Source: Pyrodictiaceae archaeon (lineage in GTDB: Archaea; Thermoproteota; Thermoprotei_A; Sulfolobales; Pyrodictiaceae). From it: a DNA stretch of 64,000 nucleotides. The notes under the pieces were generated by a model. The model did not search any database and was not told where the DNA came from. It saw nothing but the letters and a program-made list of their open reading frames with translations. Positions 1 to 8,788 of this stretch are shown here, piece after piece (within the stretch, counting starts at the first letter, position 1; each line of letters begins with the position of its first letter). A program made the translations under genes and the position numbers. The stretch covers positions 352,001 to 416,000 of the forward strand of contig JALVSY010000016.1 in the NCBI GenBank assembly GCA_027036135.1. The letters run 5' to 3'.

Positions 1-1248
1 AGCCTCAGAGCTAATAGGATTAGCAGTCTCGAGGTAGTGGACGACGCGGGTATTGGGATAAGAGTAGCTGTTGGTAAGAAGCTTGGCTTCAGCTACGTTA
101 CTGGCCTTGACCGCGACTCTGTGAGAGAAGCTGTTCGCAATGCTGTCAAGCAGGCAAGAGCCGCTCCCGAGGACAGAGAGTGGAGGGGACTACCAGAGCC
201 CAGCCCTAGTTACCCAGAGCCCAGGAACATGTATAGCCCTGCTCTGGCATACATGGAGTCCTCAACGGTTCTCGAGAACGCCAAGTACATGCTCGACAAA
301 GCGCTAGAGACAAAGGGCGTGCAGGTAGTAGGAGGAGGAACTGGTGTATATATCGTTGAGAGAGCTGTAACAAACAGTAACGGGGTCTACAGAGTAGACT
401 CAGGAACAATGGCTTTCGCAGCAATAGATGTCCTCGTGCAGAGCAATGGAATAACCACGCCCGCTATCTACGAGCTTAGCTCAAGCCGTGTATCATTCCC
501 AAGCCTCGACCATGTAGTTGAGAAGGCTATAGAGAAGGCGAAGCAGTGCACAAAGCGGGCAGAGGGAGTCACGACAGGCAAGTATACAGTCGTGCTTAGC
601 CCCGGCGTGCTCTATGAACTCCTAGCGCCTACGGTTCTTTACTCACTTAGAGGAGACATAGCGGTTCAGGGAAGGAGCTTTTACGCTGACAAGATTGGTC
701 AGCAACATCTCTCCGAGAAGATAACAATAGTGGACGACGGTGTCCTCAAAGGAGGTGATAACACGTGGAGATTCGACGGCGAAGGTGTGGCTACCTCCCG
801 TAAGGTTCTCGTAGAGAAGGGTGTAGTCAAGGGCTTCATCTACGACACATACTGGGGGCGAAGAGCAGGGAAAGAGAGCACTGGTAACGCTGTTAGGGCT
901 GGCTATGCCTCAAAACCATCACCAGGATTCACTAACATAATAGTGGAGCAAGGCGATGCATCACCCGACGAGCTGTTAGAGGGAAGAGTACTCGTAATTT
1001 ACCAGGTGCAGGGAGCCCATACAGCTAACTCCGATACGGGCGAGTACAGCGTATTGGCGAACCCTGCTATCCTCTATGAGAACGGCGAGCCTAAGGGATG
1101 GGTCCAAGGGGCTGTTATATCAGGCAACATGTACAAGGAGATAATGAATAACGTGGAGCTGGTAGGGAAGCTAGTAGAGAAGCCTTATCCAGGCGTCTAT
1201 ATGCCCTGGATAAGGCTGAGCGAGATAACTGTTGCGACGAAGAGCTAG
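1..1248 (+). CDS. TldD/PmbA family protein (5' end outside the window)
   Basis: Frame is open from base 1. GIRV..G..GFSY N-terminal motif, FDGEG and STGNA.R motifs of TldD/PmbA. Confidence 0.9.
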   Translation, partial: SLRANRISSLEVVDDAGIGIRVAVGKKLGFSYVTGLDRDSVREAVRNAVKQARAAPEDREWRGLPEPSPSYPEPRNMYSPALAYMESSTVLENAKYMLDKALETKGVQVVGGGTGVYIVERAVTNSNGVYRVDSGTMAFAAIDVLVQSNGITTPAIYELSSSRVSFPSLDHVVEKAIEKAKQCTKRAEGVTTGKYTVVLSPGVLYELLAPTVLYSLRGDIAVQGRSFYADKIGQQHLSEKITIVDDGVLKGGDNTWRFDGEGVATSRKVLVEKGVVKGFIYDTYWGRRAGKESTGNAVRAGYASKPSPGFTNIIVEQGDASPDELLEGRVLVIYQVQGAHTANSDTGEYSVLANPAILYENGEPKGWVQGAVISGNMYKEIMNNVELVGKLVEKPYPGVYMPWIRLSEITVATKS

Positions 1249-2003
1249 CAAAGGTACTCAGCACTATACATTGATGGAGAGTAGAACATGTATTTTATCA
1301 CGAGTACTCCCTGGGTCTTACATGCTTTTTCAATATCGCTCCTGAGCTGTGCGGCTAGCCTCGCATACTTGAATACAGCCTCCATCACTGTCTCCTTGAA
1401 GTAGGCTAGAGGAGCGTGGCTGTCAAGTATCGTTTTCCTTACATAGGCGGGATCCGGTACAACAACAATGCGTTCGCCGCCTGGGTAAATGCTCTCTGAG
1501 CTGAGCCCAGAAACTGCTAGTAAGAAGAGACTCCTGGGTACAAGGATCTTTGCCTTTTTAGCCGGGTTAATCACTACATGTTGCCCGGGGATTCTGAGAA
1601 GGCCCGACTTGTACCACCTAGTCATCTCGCCCTGTTGGGACGACATAGCGAGGACTGCACCAGCTAGGATAGGCTCGGCTATGAAGACTTGGTCGCCGCT
1701 GGAGAGGGATTCCTCAAATGCTGCTAGGGCTTCTACCTCGTCTTGCAACTCGTAGAAGGTTTTCCTCCAACGAGGTGTAGCTAAGGGCTCGGCCTCCTCT
1801 ACTAGGTCTACTAGGTCATAGTATGCTGCGACAACGTAGTCGTAGACGGGGTCGTAACCTGATATGTGGGCAGCGGCTATAGCAGCGAATAAGTAATTGA
1901 ATGGCTTGTCTTGAAGCTTGTACCCTGCACGGCTTAGCTTCTCCATCACCGTATCTAGGTAGGGTCGCAACCACTCCTCGGGCTCGCCAACGCCTATCTC
2001 CAA
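1245..2003 (-). CDS. Hypothetical protein
   Basis: 252-aa ORF with GGAGG upstream of a TTG start; no motif recognised. Confidence 0.7.
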   Translation of the reverse strand: MEIGVGEPEEWLRPYLDTVMEKLSRAGYKLQDKPFNYLFAAIAAAHISGYDPVYDYVVAAYYDLVDLVEEAEPLATPRWRKTFYELQDEVEALAAFEESLSSGDQVFIAEPILAGAVLAMSSQQGEMTRWYKSGLLRIPGQHVVINPAKKAKILVPRSLFLLAVSGLSSESIYPGGERIVVVPDPAYVRKTILDSHAPLAYFKETVMEAVFKYARLAAQLRSDIEKACKTQGVLVIKYMFYSPSMYSAEYLC

Positions 2004-2253
2004 GCCTCCTTAATCCCTCCTTCCTTGCCGTCCACGCTAGTAGCCCCCGCTAGGCTAAAGTAGTATAGCCAGTTCTGCGAGCAATAAAGAGCTAGTATAA
2101 CTGGAGACAGATATTGCAGAATTGATTAACCTACGGCATACTGGTTTTAAACCCTTCTCTAATCCGGTGTGTTGAATGGTAAAAGAGAGTGTTCATTCAA
2201 CGCTCTTTAGCCCGTGAAGAGCTATAGGTGTGGGGTGTCGCTAATTGCGCGCA

Positions 2254-3618
2254 ATGGATGGGCGTAGGATTGCTGCGCTAGTAGCGATAATAGTTATAGT
2301 AGTCGCTATAGGTGTTGGATTAGCTCTCTTTAAGCCTTGGGGCGGCAAGAAAGGGATAGTACTTAAGATAGTTACGAGGCTCTCGCCAGAAGAGCAGAAA
2401 GAAATCAGACAAGCATTCTTATCGAGCAAGATAGCTAAGGAATACCACATAAAGGATGTAGAGTTCACTAAGGTTGACTATAGCCTCTGGAAACAATTAG
2501 CGCTCAGTGGGAAAGTAGACCTATTCTTCATAGGAGAAAAGGTTGTCTATGATCGTCTCTGTAAGGAGGGCGCTTTCGTCCCCATAACAATGGATAAGCT
2601 CGTCAGCATAATTAATGGGCTTAAGCCCCAGTTTGTTGGGAGAGGTGCTAAGGGCAATATCTGCTGGGTAGCTGTGGGCCAAGCAGTCTATGGCTACATA
2701 GTAAACAATAACTTCTTGAAACAATATGGTTTACCAAAGCCGGTGAAGTGGGGCAGTCTCGAGAACCCTGTTTATCTCAAGCCCTTGCTCAGCCACGCCT
2801 ACACGGTATCCTTTCCGAGGCCCACGAAGAGCGGCACAGCTAGAACAACGATGCACGGTATACTACAGATATATGGCTGGGATGATGGATGGCGCCTACT
2901 AACAGTCATAGGAATGGAGGCTGGTATTGTCGATAGCTCTGAGAAGGCCAGAGACCAGGCAGCAGAGGGCATAGTGGGTGTGGCGCCAGCCTACATAGGC
3001 TATGGAATTGAGGCCGAAAAGGAGGGCAAGGGAGCAGTATTCGAGATACCAAGAGGCGAGGGAATAGCATATATCTCGCCAGTAGCGCTTGCAAAGAAGG
3101 CCCCTCACCCAAGAGAGGCTCAAGCCTTCATACTATGGTTACTGAGCCCTGACGGCCAGAGAACAATTGCCAAGCTCTTCTACTATTTGCCGGTGAGGAA
3201 CATTACCGGGATAAGTTGGGTCAGGGAAGTATATCAGAAAATGAAAGGAAACATATTCCAATACAACCGCACACTCGCGGAGAAAGTTGACCTAGCAGCA
3301 ACAACTTACTTCGAGGCAGCAATAGCTGATAGCGATGCCAACGCCCTGCTCAAGGAGATAGGACAGCTAGCCGCACAGCTAATGGAGAAGGGGAAGCTGA
3401 GCAAGAACCAGTGGCTCAGAATAGTTGAGCAACTAGCGCCCTTAACAATAAAGGATCCATGGACAGGTAAGCAAGTCAAGTTTACACTTGAGTACGCAGA
3501 GAAGATAAACAACAAGCTTCAGAACAATGCGGACCGGGACAAGTTCTACAACGCTGTCAAATCCGCTGCTATCAACACATATAAGAAGGTTCTAGAGGAG
3601 CTCAAGAGCATGAGCTAA
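2254..3618 (+). CDS. ABC transporter substrate-binding protein (Fe3+/thiamine-type, AfuA-like)
   Basis: N-terminal hydrophobic anchor, P..SGT motif, A..FI.WLLSPDGQ C-terminal motif; followed by a permease. Confidence 0.85.
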   Translation: MDGRRIAALVAIIVIVVAIGVGLALFKPWGGKKGIVLKIVTRLSPEEQKEIRQAFLSSKIAKEYHIKDVEFTKVDYSLWKQLALSGKVDLFFIGEKVVYDRLCKEGAFVPITMDKLVSIINGLKPQFVGRGAKGNICWVAVGQAVYGYIVNNNFLKQYGLPKPVKWGSLENPVYLKPLLSHAYTVSFPRPTKSGTARTTMHGILQIYGWDDGWRLLTVIGMEAGIVDSSEKARDQAAEGIVGVAPAYIGYGIEAEKEGKGAVFEIPRGEGIAYISPVALAKKAPHPREAQAFILWLLSPDGQRTIAKLFYYLPVRNITGISWVREVYQKMKGNIFQYNRTLAEKVDLAATTYFEAAIADSDANALLKEIGQLAAQLMEKGKLSKNQWLRIVEQLAPLTIKDPWTGKQVKFTLEYAEKINNKLQNNADRDKFYNAVKSAAINTYKKVLEELKSMS

Positions 3619-3628
3619 GGAAGTAGCG

Positions 3629-5380
3629 ATGAAGTCTAGTTCAGTGCTCAAACTAGTAGTCCCAGTATTAGCGGTCTACGCAATCGGTGTTTTTGCCCCG
3701 CTTCTAGCACTTCTGACCCCCAGTACACTGGCTAGGAGCATTCTCTCTGTCCTACACGAGCCTGGTTTCGCTAAACCAATTCTCCTCTACTCACCAGTAA
3801 CAATTATCCATGAAAGCCATACTAGGATGATCGTGCTTGATTTCCCCCTCATAGGCTCGCTTTGGCTTACACTACTAGTCGCACTCCTTGCGTCAATATC
3901 CTCGTTTCTGTTAGCGTATATAGTCCTAGTACCAGCTATACTATATAGACCTATTACACGCCTATCATTGCTTCTAGCCCTCATAGGGCTCCTACCATAC
4001 CCCTTCATAGAGGCCTACGTGGTACAACGAGTATTTGATCCGAGAATAGGCCTCGTCAATACATTATTGAGGAAACTCGGAGTAATCATTGTGGTCAAGG
4101 GGGCTATGGGTGTACTGATATACCAGGTACTAGTGTTTACTCCCGTGGCTTTTGTGATACTTCTTAGCTATGTATACTCGTTGCCTAGAGAGCAGCTAGA
4201 GGCCGCTCTACAACTAGGGGCTCGTGGAGCAAGCCTCGCTAGATTAATCTATAGGGCCGCTAAGCCAGCTATAGTAGCGAGCCTGTCACTAGTCTTCGTC
4301 CTAAGCATAGATGACGTAGCTGGTCCACTGGTATTCGAACAAGATCCGAGCGCCCGTAGCCTACTAGCCTATAAGGCTTACACGTACTTTCTCAACTCCG
4401 TCTATGGAGGCTTCTCCTATACAGCGCTTGGGCATGCAATAGTATTGCTCTTATTATCAGTGCTCGTATTCGCAATTAGCTATAGGAGTATAGCCGAGAC
4501 ATATCGCGGAATAACATCGGGGCGTGAGAGAGCCGGGCTCCTTCCCCGCCTAGACCGGGCCGGCGCGCTTAGCCTTGTAATAGTCATAGCTTTCCTAGGA
4601 CCATCGGCTTTCCTAAAAATCCTTTGCATAGCCTACGGATTCTCGTCAAAATGGGTTGCATCCCCCTTGCCGAGCCCTGGGCTCAACCAGCTTCGTCTTC
4701 TATCCTCGTCGCCAGATATACTCAGGGCTGTGCTGAACAGCTTCCTCTACACAATAGCATCTATTATCCTCGTACTTGCCCTCTTGTCGCCAGCAGCCTA
4801 CACTGTTGCACGGCGCCTAATTAGGGCAAGTGGCTTACTAGACGCCGCCATAATGTCAACAATAGCTATCCCCGGAATAGTGCTTGCCTATGCCTACTAC
4901 CAGTTCTTTACAAGTATCCTTGGCCCGGGCTCTCCTCTATCCCCTATAGGCGCGCCCTGGCTCTACTTAGTACTAGGCTACTCGGTTAGGAGGGCGCCAC
5001 TATACTACAAACCGTTATCAGCTCTAGTCTCCTCCCTGCCCGTGGAGTTAGAGGAGGCGGCAAAGAACCTGGGGGCCGGCATAGCAAGGATATATAGATC
5101 CATAGTGGCACCGATCATAATTAGGAGGGGGGTAGGAATAGCGGCATTTACCTCCCTTAGCATAGCATCAGAGGTAAGCCTATCAATAACAATAGGAGGG
5201 CTGGGAGGCTCTAGCGGGGCAAATCACCCAGCACCGCTGACGAACCTCGTAGCAAGCTACATAAGCTTTAGTGGCCTAGCCTATGCGGGTGCCTTGGCGC
5301 TTGCTCTGACACTGCTCTATGCTCTAGTCATCCCGGTCACTCTTATTATAGTCAAGCTAGTCTCCGCGCTCCATAGGTAA
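3629..5380 (+). CDS. ABC permease with duplicated TM domain (FbpB/ThiP-like)
   Basis: Two EAA loops (EAALQLGA, EEAAKNLGA) and many TM segments. Confidence 0.88.
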   Translation: MKSSSVLKLVVPVLAVYAIGVFAPLLALLTPSTLARSILSVLHEPGFAKPILLYSPVTIIHESHTRMIVLDFPLIGSLWLTLLVALLASISSFLLAYIVLVPAILYRPITRLSLLLALIGLLPYPFIEAYVVQRVFDPRIGLVNTLLRKLGVIIVVKGAMGVLIYQVLVFTPVAFVILLSYVYSLPREQLEAALQLGARGASLARLIYRAAKPAIVASLSLVFVLSIDDVAGPLVFEQDPSARSLLAYKAYTYFLNSVYGGFSYTALGHAIVLLLLSVLVFAISYRSIAETYRGITSGRERAGLLPRLDRAGALSLVIVIAFLGPSAFLKILCIAYGFSSKWVASPLPSPGLNQLRLLSSSPDILRAVLNSFLYTIASIILVLALLSPAAYTVARRLIRASGLLDAAIMSTIAIPGIVLAYAYYQFFTSILGPGSPLSPIGAPWLYLVLGYSVRRAPLYYKPLSALVSSLPVELEEAAKNLGAGIARIYRSIVAPIIIRRGVGIAAFTSLSIASEVSLSITIGGLGGSSGANHPAPLTNLVASYISFSGLAYAGALALALTLLYALVIPVTLIIVKLVSALHR

Positions 5381-6568
5381 TGCTATTAGCTCGCGCTGCC
5401 TCCACGCTCGCAGAGCCGTCTCAGCTACAGTCCATGGCTCAGATACACGTGGTGCTCTTGGCAGCTCGCCGCTCCACAAGCGCCTCATATAGTCCACAAC
5501 TGTGTTTCTCTCCAGCTCTTTCTCACTCCTCTCTGCTACTAGCTCCTTTGCGTAGAGGAGGGGCTTCGCCATCTTTGCGGGGAATCTCCAGAGATGCTGC
5601 TCCCTGAACGTCTTGTAGCTTGTCCAGCTATACCATTTTCTCCAAGTCTTCTCGAATACCTTCTCTATGAGCTCTGGGTCTTCTAGCTCGGGTACGTAGT
5701 GGAACTCGTAGAGTACGCGGTAAGGGCATAGGTCGCAAGCAACTCTCGGCGAGCCCTCCAAGTAGGCTGGGTGAATGAGTCCACTTTTCCTAACAATGCT
5801 TATTATGTCTAAGAGGCTGAGCACATAGGTTGGCCTAAACCTTCTACCAACAAGTATCACCCTCGCGGCGGCAGCCTTTGATAGCCTCTCAAAGCGTTTA
5901 GGGGACTCGGTAAGCCGGTCACCTACTACCTCAACAGCCCTTGGATCCTCCTTGAGGACTTTCCTCATAGGCTTCGCCTTATACATTGTGCAGTAGCGAT
6001 AGCCTCTTCGCGGCATACCCTTCCATTTAAGGAGAGCCTTCATATCCCTCCTAGGAGCCTCAACGAACTCTATCTCGACTCCAAGCTTCTCCGAGACTCT
6101 CTCAACGAACCTTACGCTACGCGGCGACTCGAGGAACGGGATATGAATATACATCACGTGCAAACGGAAATCAACGTATTCTTGAAGCTTAAGCAAGACA
6201 AGCAGGGCTGCAAGAGAATCCTTGCCACCACTAAAACCCAGGAGAACACGCCTACCACGAATCCCCCTACCAACAAGCCGCGCAAGCCACTCAGAATACT
6301 CATCCAAGCGCTCCACGACACGGGCATGGACATAGGGAGGAGCCATAACCCATGAACGAACCGGGGCAAACCCCTCGCCACCATCGCCGCGAACGATGAG
6401 CGAGCCACGCTTATCAAGCCATTCAGTAACGTCAACAGCACGGTCAACGCTAACCCATAGATAGTAGCGGCACCCCTCCCCACGCTTACAAATAAGCGTA
6501 GCATCACCACCACTACCAATAACGCCGACAAGCTCGCCTCTCTCAACCAATGGATACAGCTCAGTCAT
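5357..6568 (-). CDS. PAPS-reductase-family (PP-loop) protein
   Basis: SGGKDS PP-loop, RYCT..K and R.ACDLCP motifs; ATG at 6568 is the probable start. Confidence 0.85.
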   Translation of the reverse strand: MTELYPLVERGELVGVIGSGGDATLICKRGEGCRYYLWVSVDRAVDVTEWLDKRGSLIVRGDGGEGFAPVRSWVMAPPYVHARVVERLDEYSEWLARLVGRGIRGRRVLLGFSGGKDSLAALLVLLKLQEYVDFRLHVMYIHIPFLESPRSVRFVERVSEKLGVEIEFVEAPRRDMKALLKWKGMPRRGYRYCTMYKAKPMRKVLKEDPRAVEVVGDRLTESPKRFERLSKAAAARVILVGRRFRPTYVLSLLDIISIVRKSGLIHPAYLEGSPRVACDLCPYRVLYEFHYVPELEDPELIEKVFEKTWRKWYSWTSYKTFREQHLWRFPAKMAKPLLYAKELVAERSEKELERNTVVDYMRRLWSGELPRAPRVSEPWTVAETALRAWRQRELIALPMERGD

Positions 6569-6899
6569 AACCCCTATGCCCCGAAGAGTAAGCCGCTGGT
6601 CACCCTTATCCCATGCTGGCCTCCGACCTTTATGCTTCCTAATGGCCCCGCTGATCATAATCCAGGAACCAATGTACTAGAAAACAAGCTCTACATGCCT
6701 AGGTATGGCTCTTATTCCTCTACTAGGGAAGGGCTCAGATATGCAGGGGGCGGTCTCCTCACAACCCTGGCGCTCCACGGCGACTCAACCCCTCATCACA
6801 GCTTTAGCCAGATAACAAGGGATTAGAGAGAATAGGATATTATTTTTTAACTAAGGATTTACTATATTAAGTATTTTCTATAAAAAAAAATATGAGATT

Positions 6900-8111
6900 T
6901 TATTTAAATATATAGAGATGTCTTGGTTTTTCATCGGCTCCCAGCGGTAATGCAAGTATGCCGGCTAGTAGTAGCATAGGCCACTCGATGAACGCGCCAG
7001 CCAATATTAATACTTCCGAGGTGGCAGGGTGGTAATGCATTACATTGTGGGCTGCTAGGAATCCTGAGCCTATCAGTGTCATAAATCCCTCGGAATGCAG
7101 CCTAGCCAACTGGCCCAGTATTAGCAAATCGTATTTACTAGTGAAGCCAGCTATCAGTAATGCTATGCTCGCAACGATTGCAGCTGTAATGCTTCTTTTC
7201 TCTAAGGCTACTATTGAAGCGATAACAGGTACTATAAGGCCTATTACTACCTCTATACCCCAGAATATTGGTGCATGTGCTCCCCATAATAATTCTTTGT
7301 AATAATTCCATGTAGGTTTGTGATACCATGCTGCAACTATGTCCCAGAACATGAATAGCCAGAAGATTGGTAGAATTGTTAAGTACATTTTGCCTGCTAG
7401 GGAGGAATAGTAATCTTTGCGTTCTCTTAGCGTTCCTTTAAACCCCCTCACGATTGTTATGAATAGCCATTGGCCAGCCGCCCCTAATAGTACAGCGCTT
7501 GCCAAGAAGAATGCAACTAGGTGGGAACCGTACCATGCAGGCACTGAGACTAGTGAACCAAAGGCTTGGCTAAGATTACTGTCCAAGGCAATAGCTGATA
7601 CGAGGACTGCTATTGCTATTGCTAACTCTGCTTTCTTAATATTCTTAATAGTATCGATATCTGTCCTCCTAATAAGGTAGACAAGTTCTACTAGCAGCGT
7701 TATTGCCAAGAGCGTGTATAATACTAAATTCCACGCTATTCTTGATACGTCGTGGAATCCCCGTATGAGCCAGATTCCATGCTCCGGGTTAATTAAGTCA
7801 AGGAGTATTAATGTCCATGCAGGTACCAGGGATATTAAGGAAAAGTAGGTACTATACTTAATATCCTCTCTAAGCGTATTCGAGGAGCCCTTGTACCCAT
7901 ATATGGTAAAAATGCTATCGATAATGCTTGCCCCTACAGCTATTGAGGCGAAGAATACATAGCCGGGTACCAGTATCCCCCAAGGCATTGCTGATATATC
8001 TAGGCTCTCCTTAGCTGGAAGCCCTAATTTGATGCCATAGCCTAATAGCGCTAATGAGACTACTAAGAGAACTATAAATGCGATGAAGGCTCTAATACTC
8101 ATAGCACACAC
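6900..8111 (-). CDS. NrfD/PsrC-type membrane anchor subunit
   Basis: PWGILVPGYVFF, DL..P and S.IAWN motifs, multiple TM helices; lies after the Fe-S subunit. Confidence 0.88.
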   Translation of the reverse strand: MCAMSIRAFIAFIVLLVVSLALLGYGIKLGLPAKESLDISAMPWGILVPGYVFFASIAVGASIIDSIFTIYGYKGSSNTLREDIKYSTYFSLISLVPAWTLILLDLINPEHGIWLIRGFHDVSRIAWNLVLYTLLAITLLVELVYLIRRTDIDTIKNIKKAELAIAIAVLVSAIALDSNLSQAFGSLVSVPAWYGSHLVAFFLASAVLLGAAGQWLFITIVRGFKGTLRERKDYYSSLAGKMYLTILPIFWLFMFWDIVAAWYHKPTWNYYKELLWGAHAPIFWGIEVVIGLIVPVIASIVALEKRSITAAIVASIALLIAGFTSKYDLLILGQLARLHSEGFMTLIGSGFLAAHNVMHYHPATSEVLILAGAFIEWPMLLLAGILALPLGADEKPRHLYIFK

Positions 8112-8128
8112 CCCATGAACGAGGCTTG

Positions 8129-8770
8129 TTACTTGTTAGGAAGTATGTAGAAAAACTTAGGCTTTGTACCAAGATCTTCACGTAATCGGACAGCATTACC
8201 GTTCCTGATTATCCTTGAGACCTCGCTATTCGGGTCATCTAAGTCACCGAAAATTCTAGCGCCAAAGGCGCATGCCTCGACACATGCTGGAACCCATCCC
8301 TCCGGGCTATTCTTGCGGTGGTAACAGAACGTACACTTATCGGGATATCTTGGAACAAGCCCATAGGGATTAGGTGGCGGAGAGCTAAGTCTGCCGAGAT
8401 ACATTGTCCTAACTCCATAAGGGCATGCGATCATGCATGCACGACAACCAATACATTTATTCCTATCGACTAGAACTACGCCATCCTTTGTTTTGAAGCT
8501 TGCACCAGTAGGACAAGCGGCGACGCATGGAGGGTTCTCGCATTGCTGGCACTGTATAAAGAATGGGGTATTACTTGGAAAGCCTAAGACTCTTACACTA
8601 CCCTCGAGGGGGAAATCAATTGGCCTTGTCCTAGCATATTGGAATATATGGTCGGGCATTTCTACGCCGTTCTTTTTCTGTCTAGCAATATTCTCACGTA
8701 TACATGCGATGGTGCATGCGTAGCATCCAACACACTTATTTAGATCTATAACCATAGCCATCCGAGCCAT
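8129..8770 (-). CDS. 4Fe-4S electron-transfer subunit (PsrB/NrfC-like)
   Basis: CVGCYACTIAC, CQQCENPPCVAACP, CIGCRACMIACP and KCTFC..PACVEAC motifs. Confidence 0.93.
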   Translation of the reverse strand: MARMAMVIDLNKCVGCYACTIACIRENIARQKKNGVEMPDHIFQYARTRPIDFPLEGSVRVLGFPSNTPFFIQCQQCENPPCVAACPTGASFKTKDGVVLVDRNKCIGCRACMIACPYGVRTMYLGRLSSPPPNPYGLVPRYPDKCTFCYHRKNSPEGWVPACVEACAFGARIFGDLDDPNSEVSRIIRNGNAVRLREDLGTKPKFFYILPNK

Positions 8771-8788
8771 TTATCTCACCTCCCTTGA

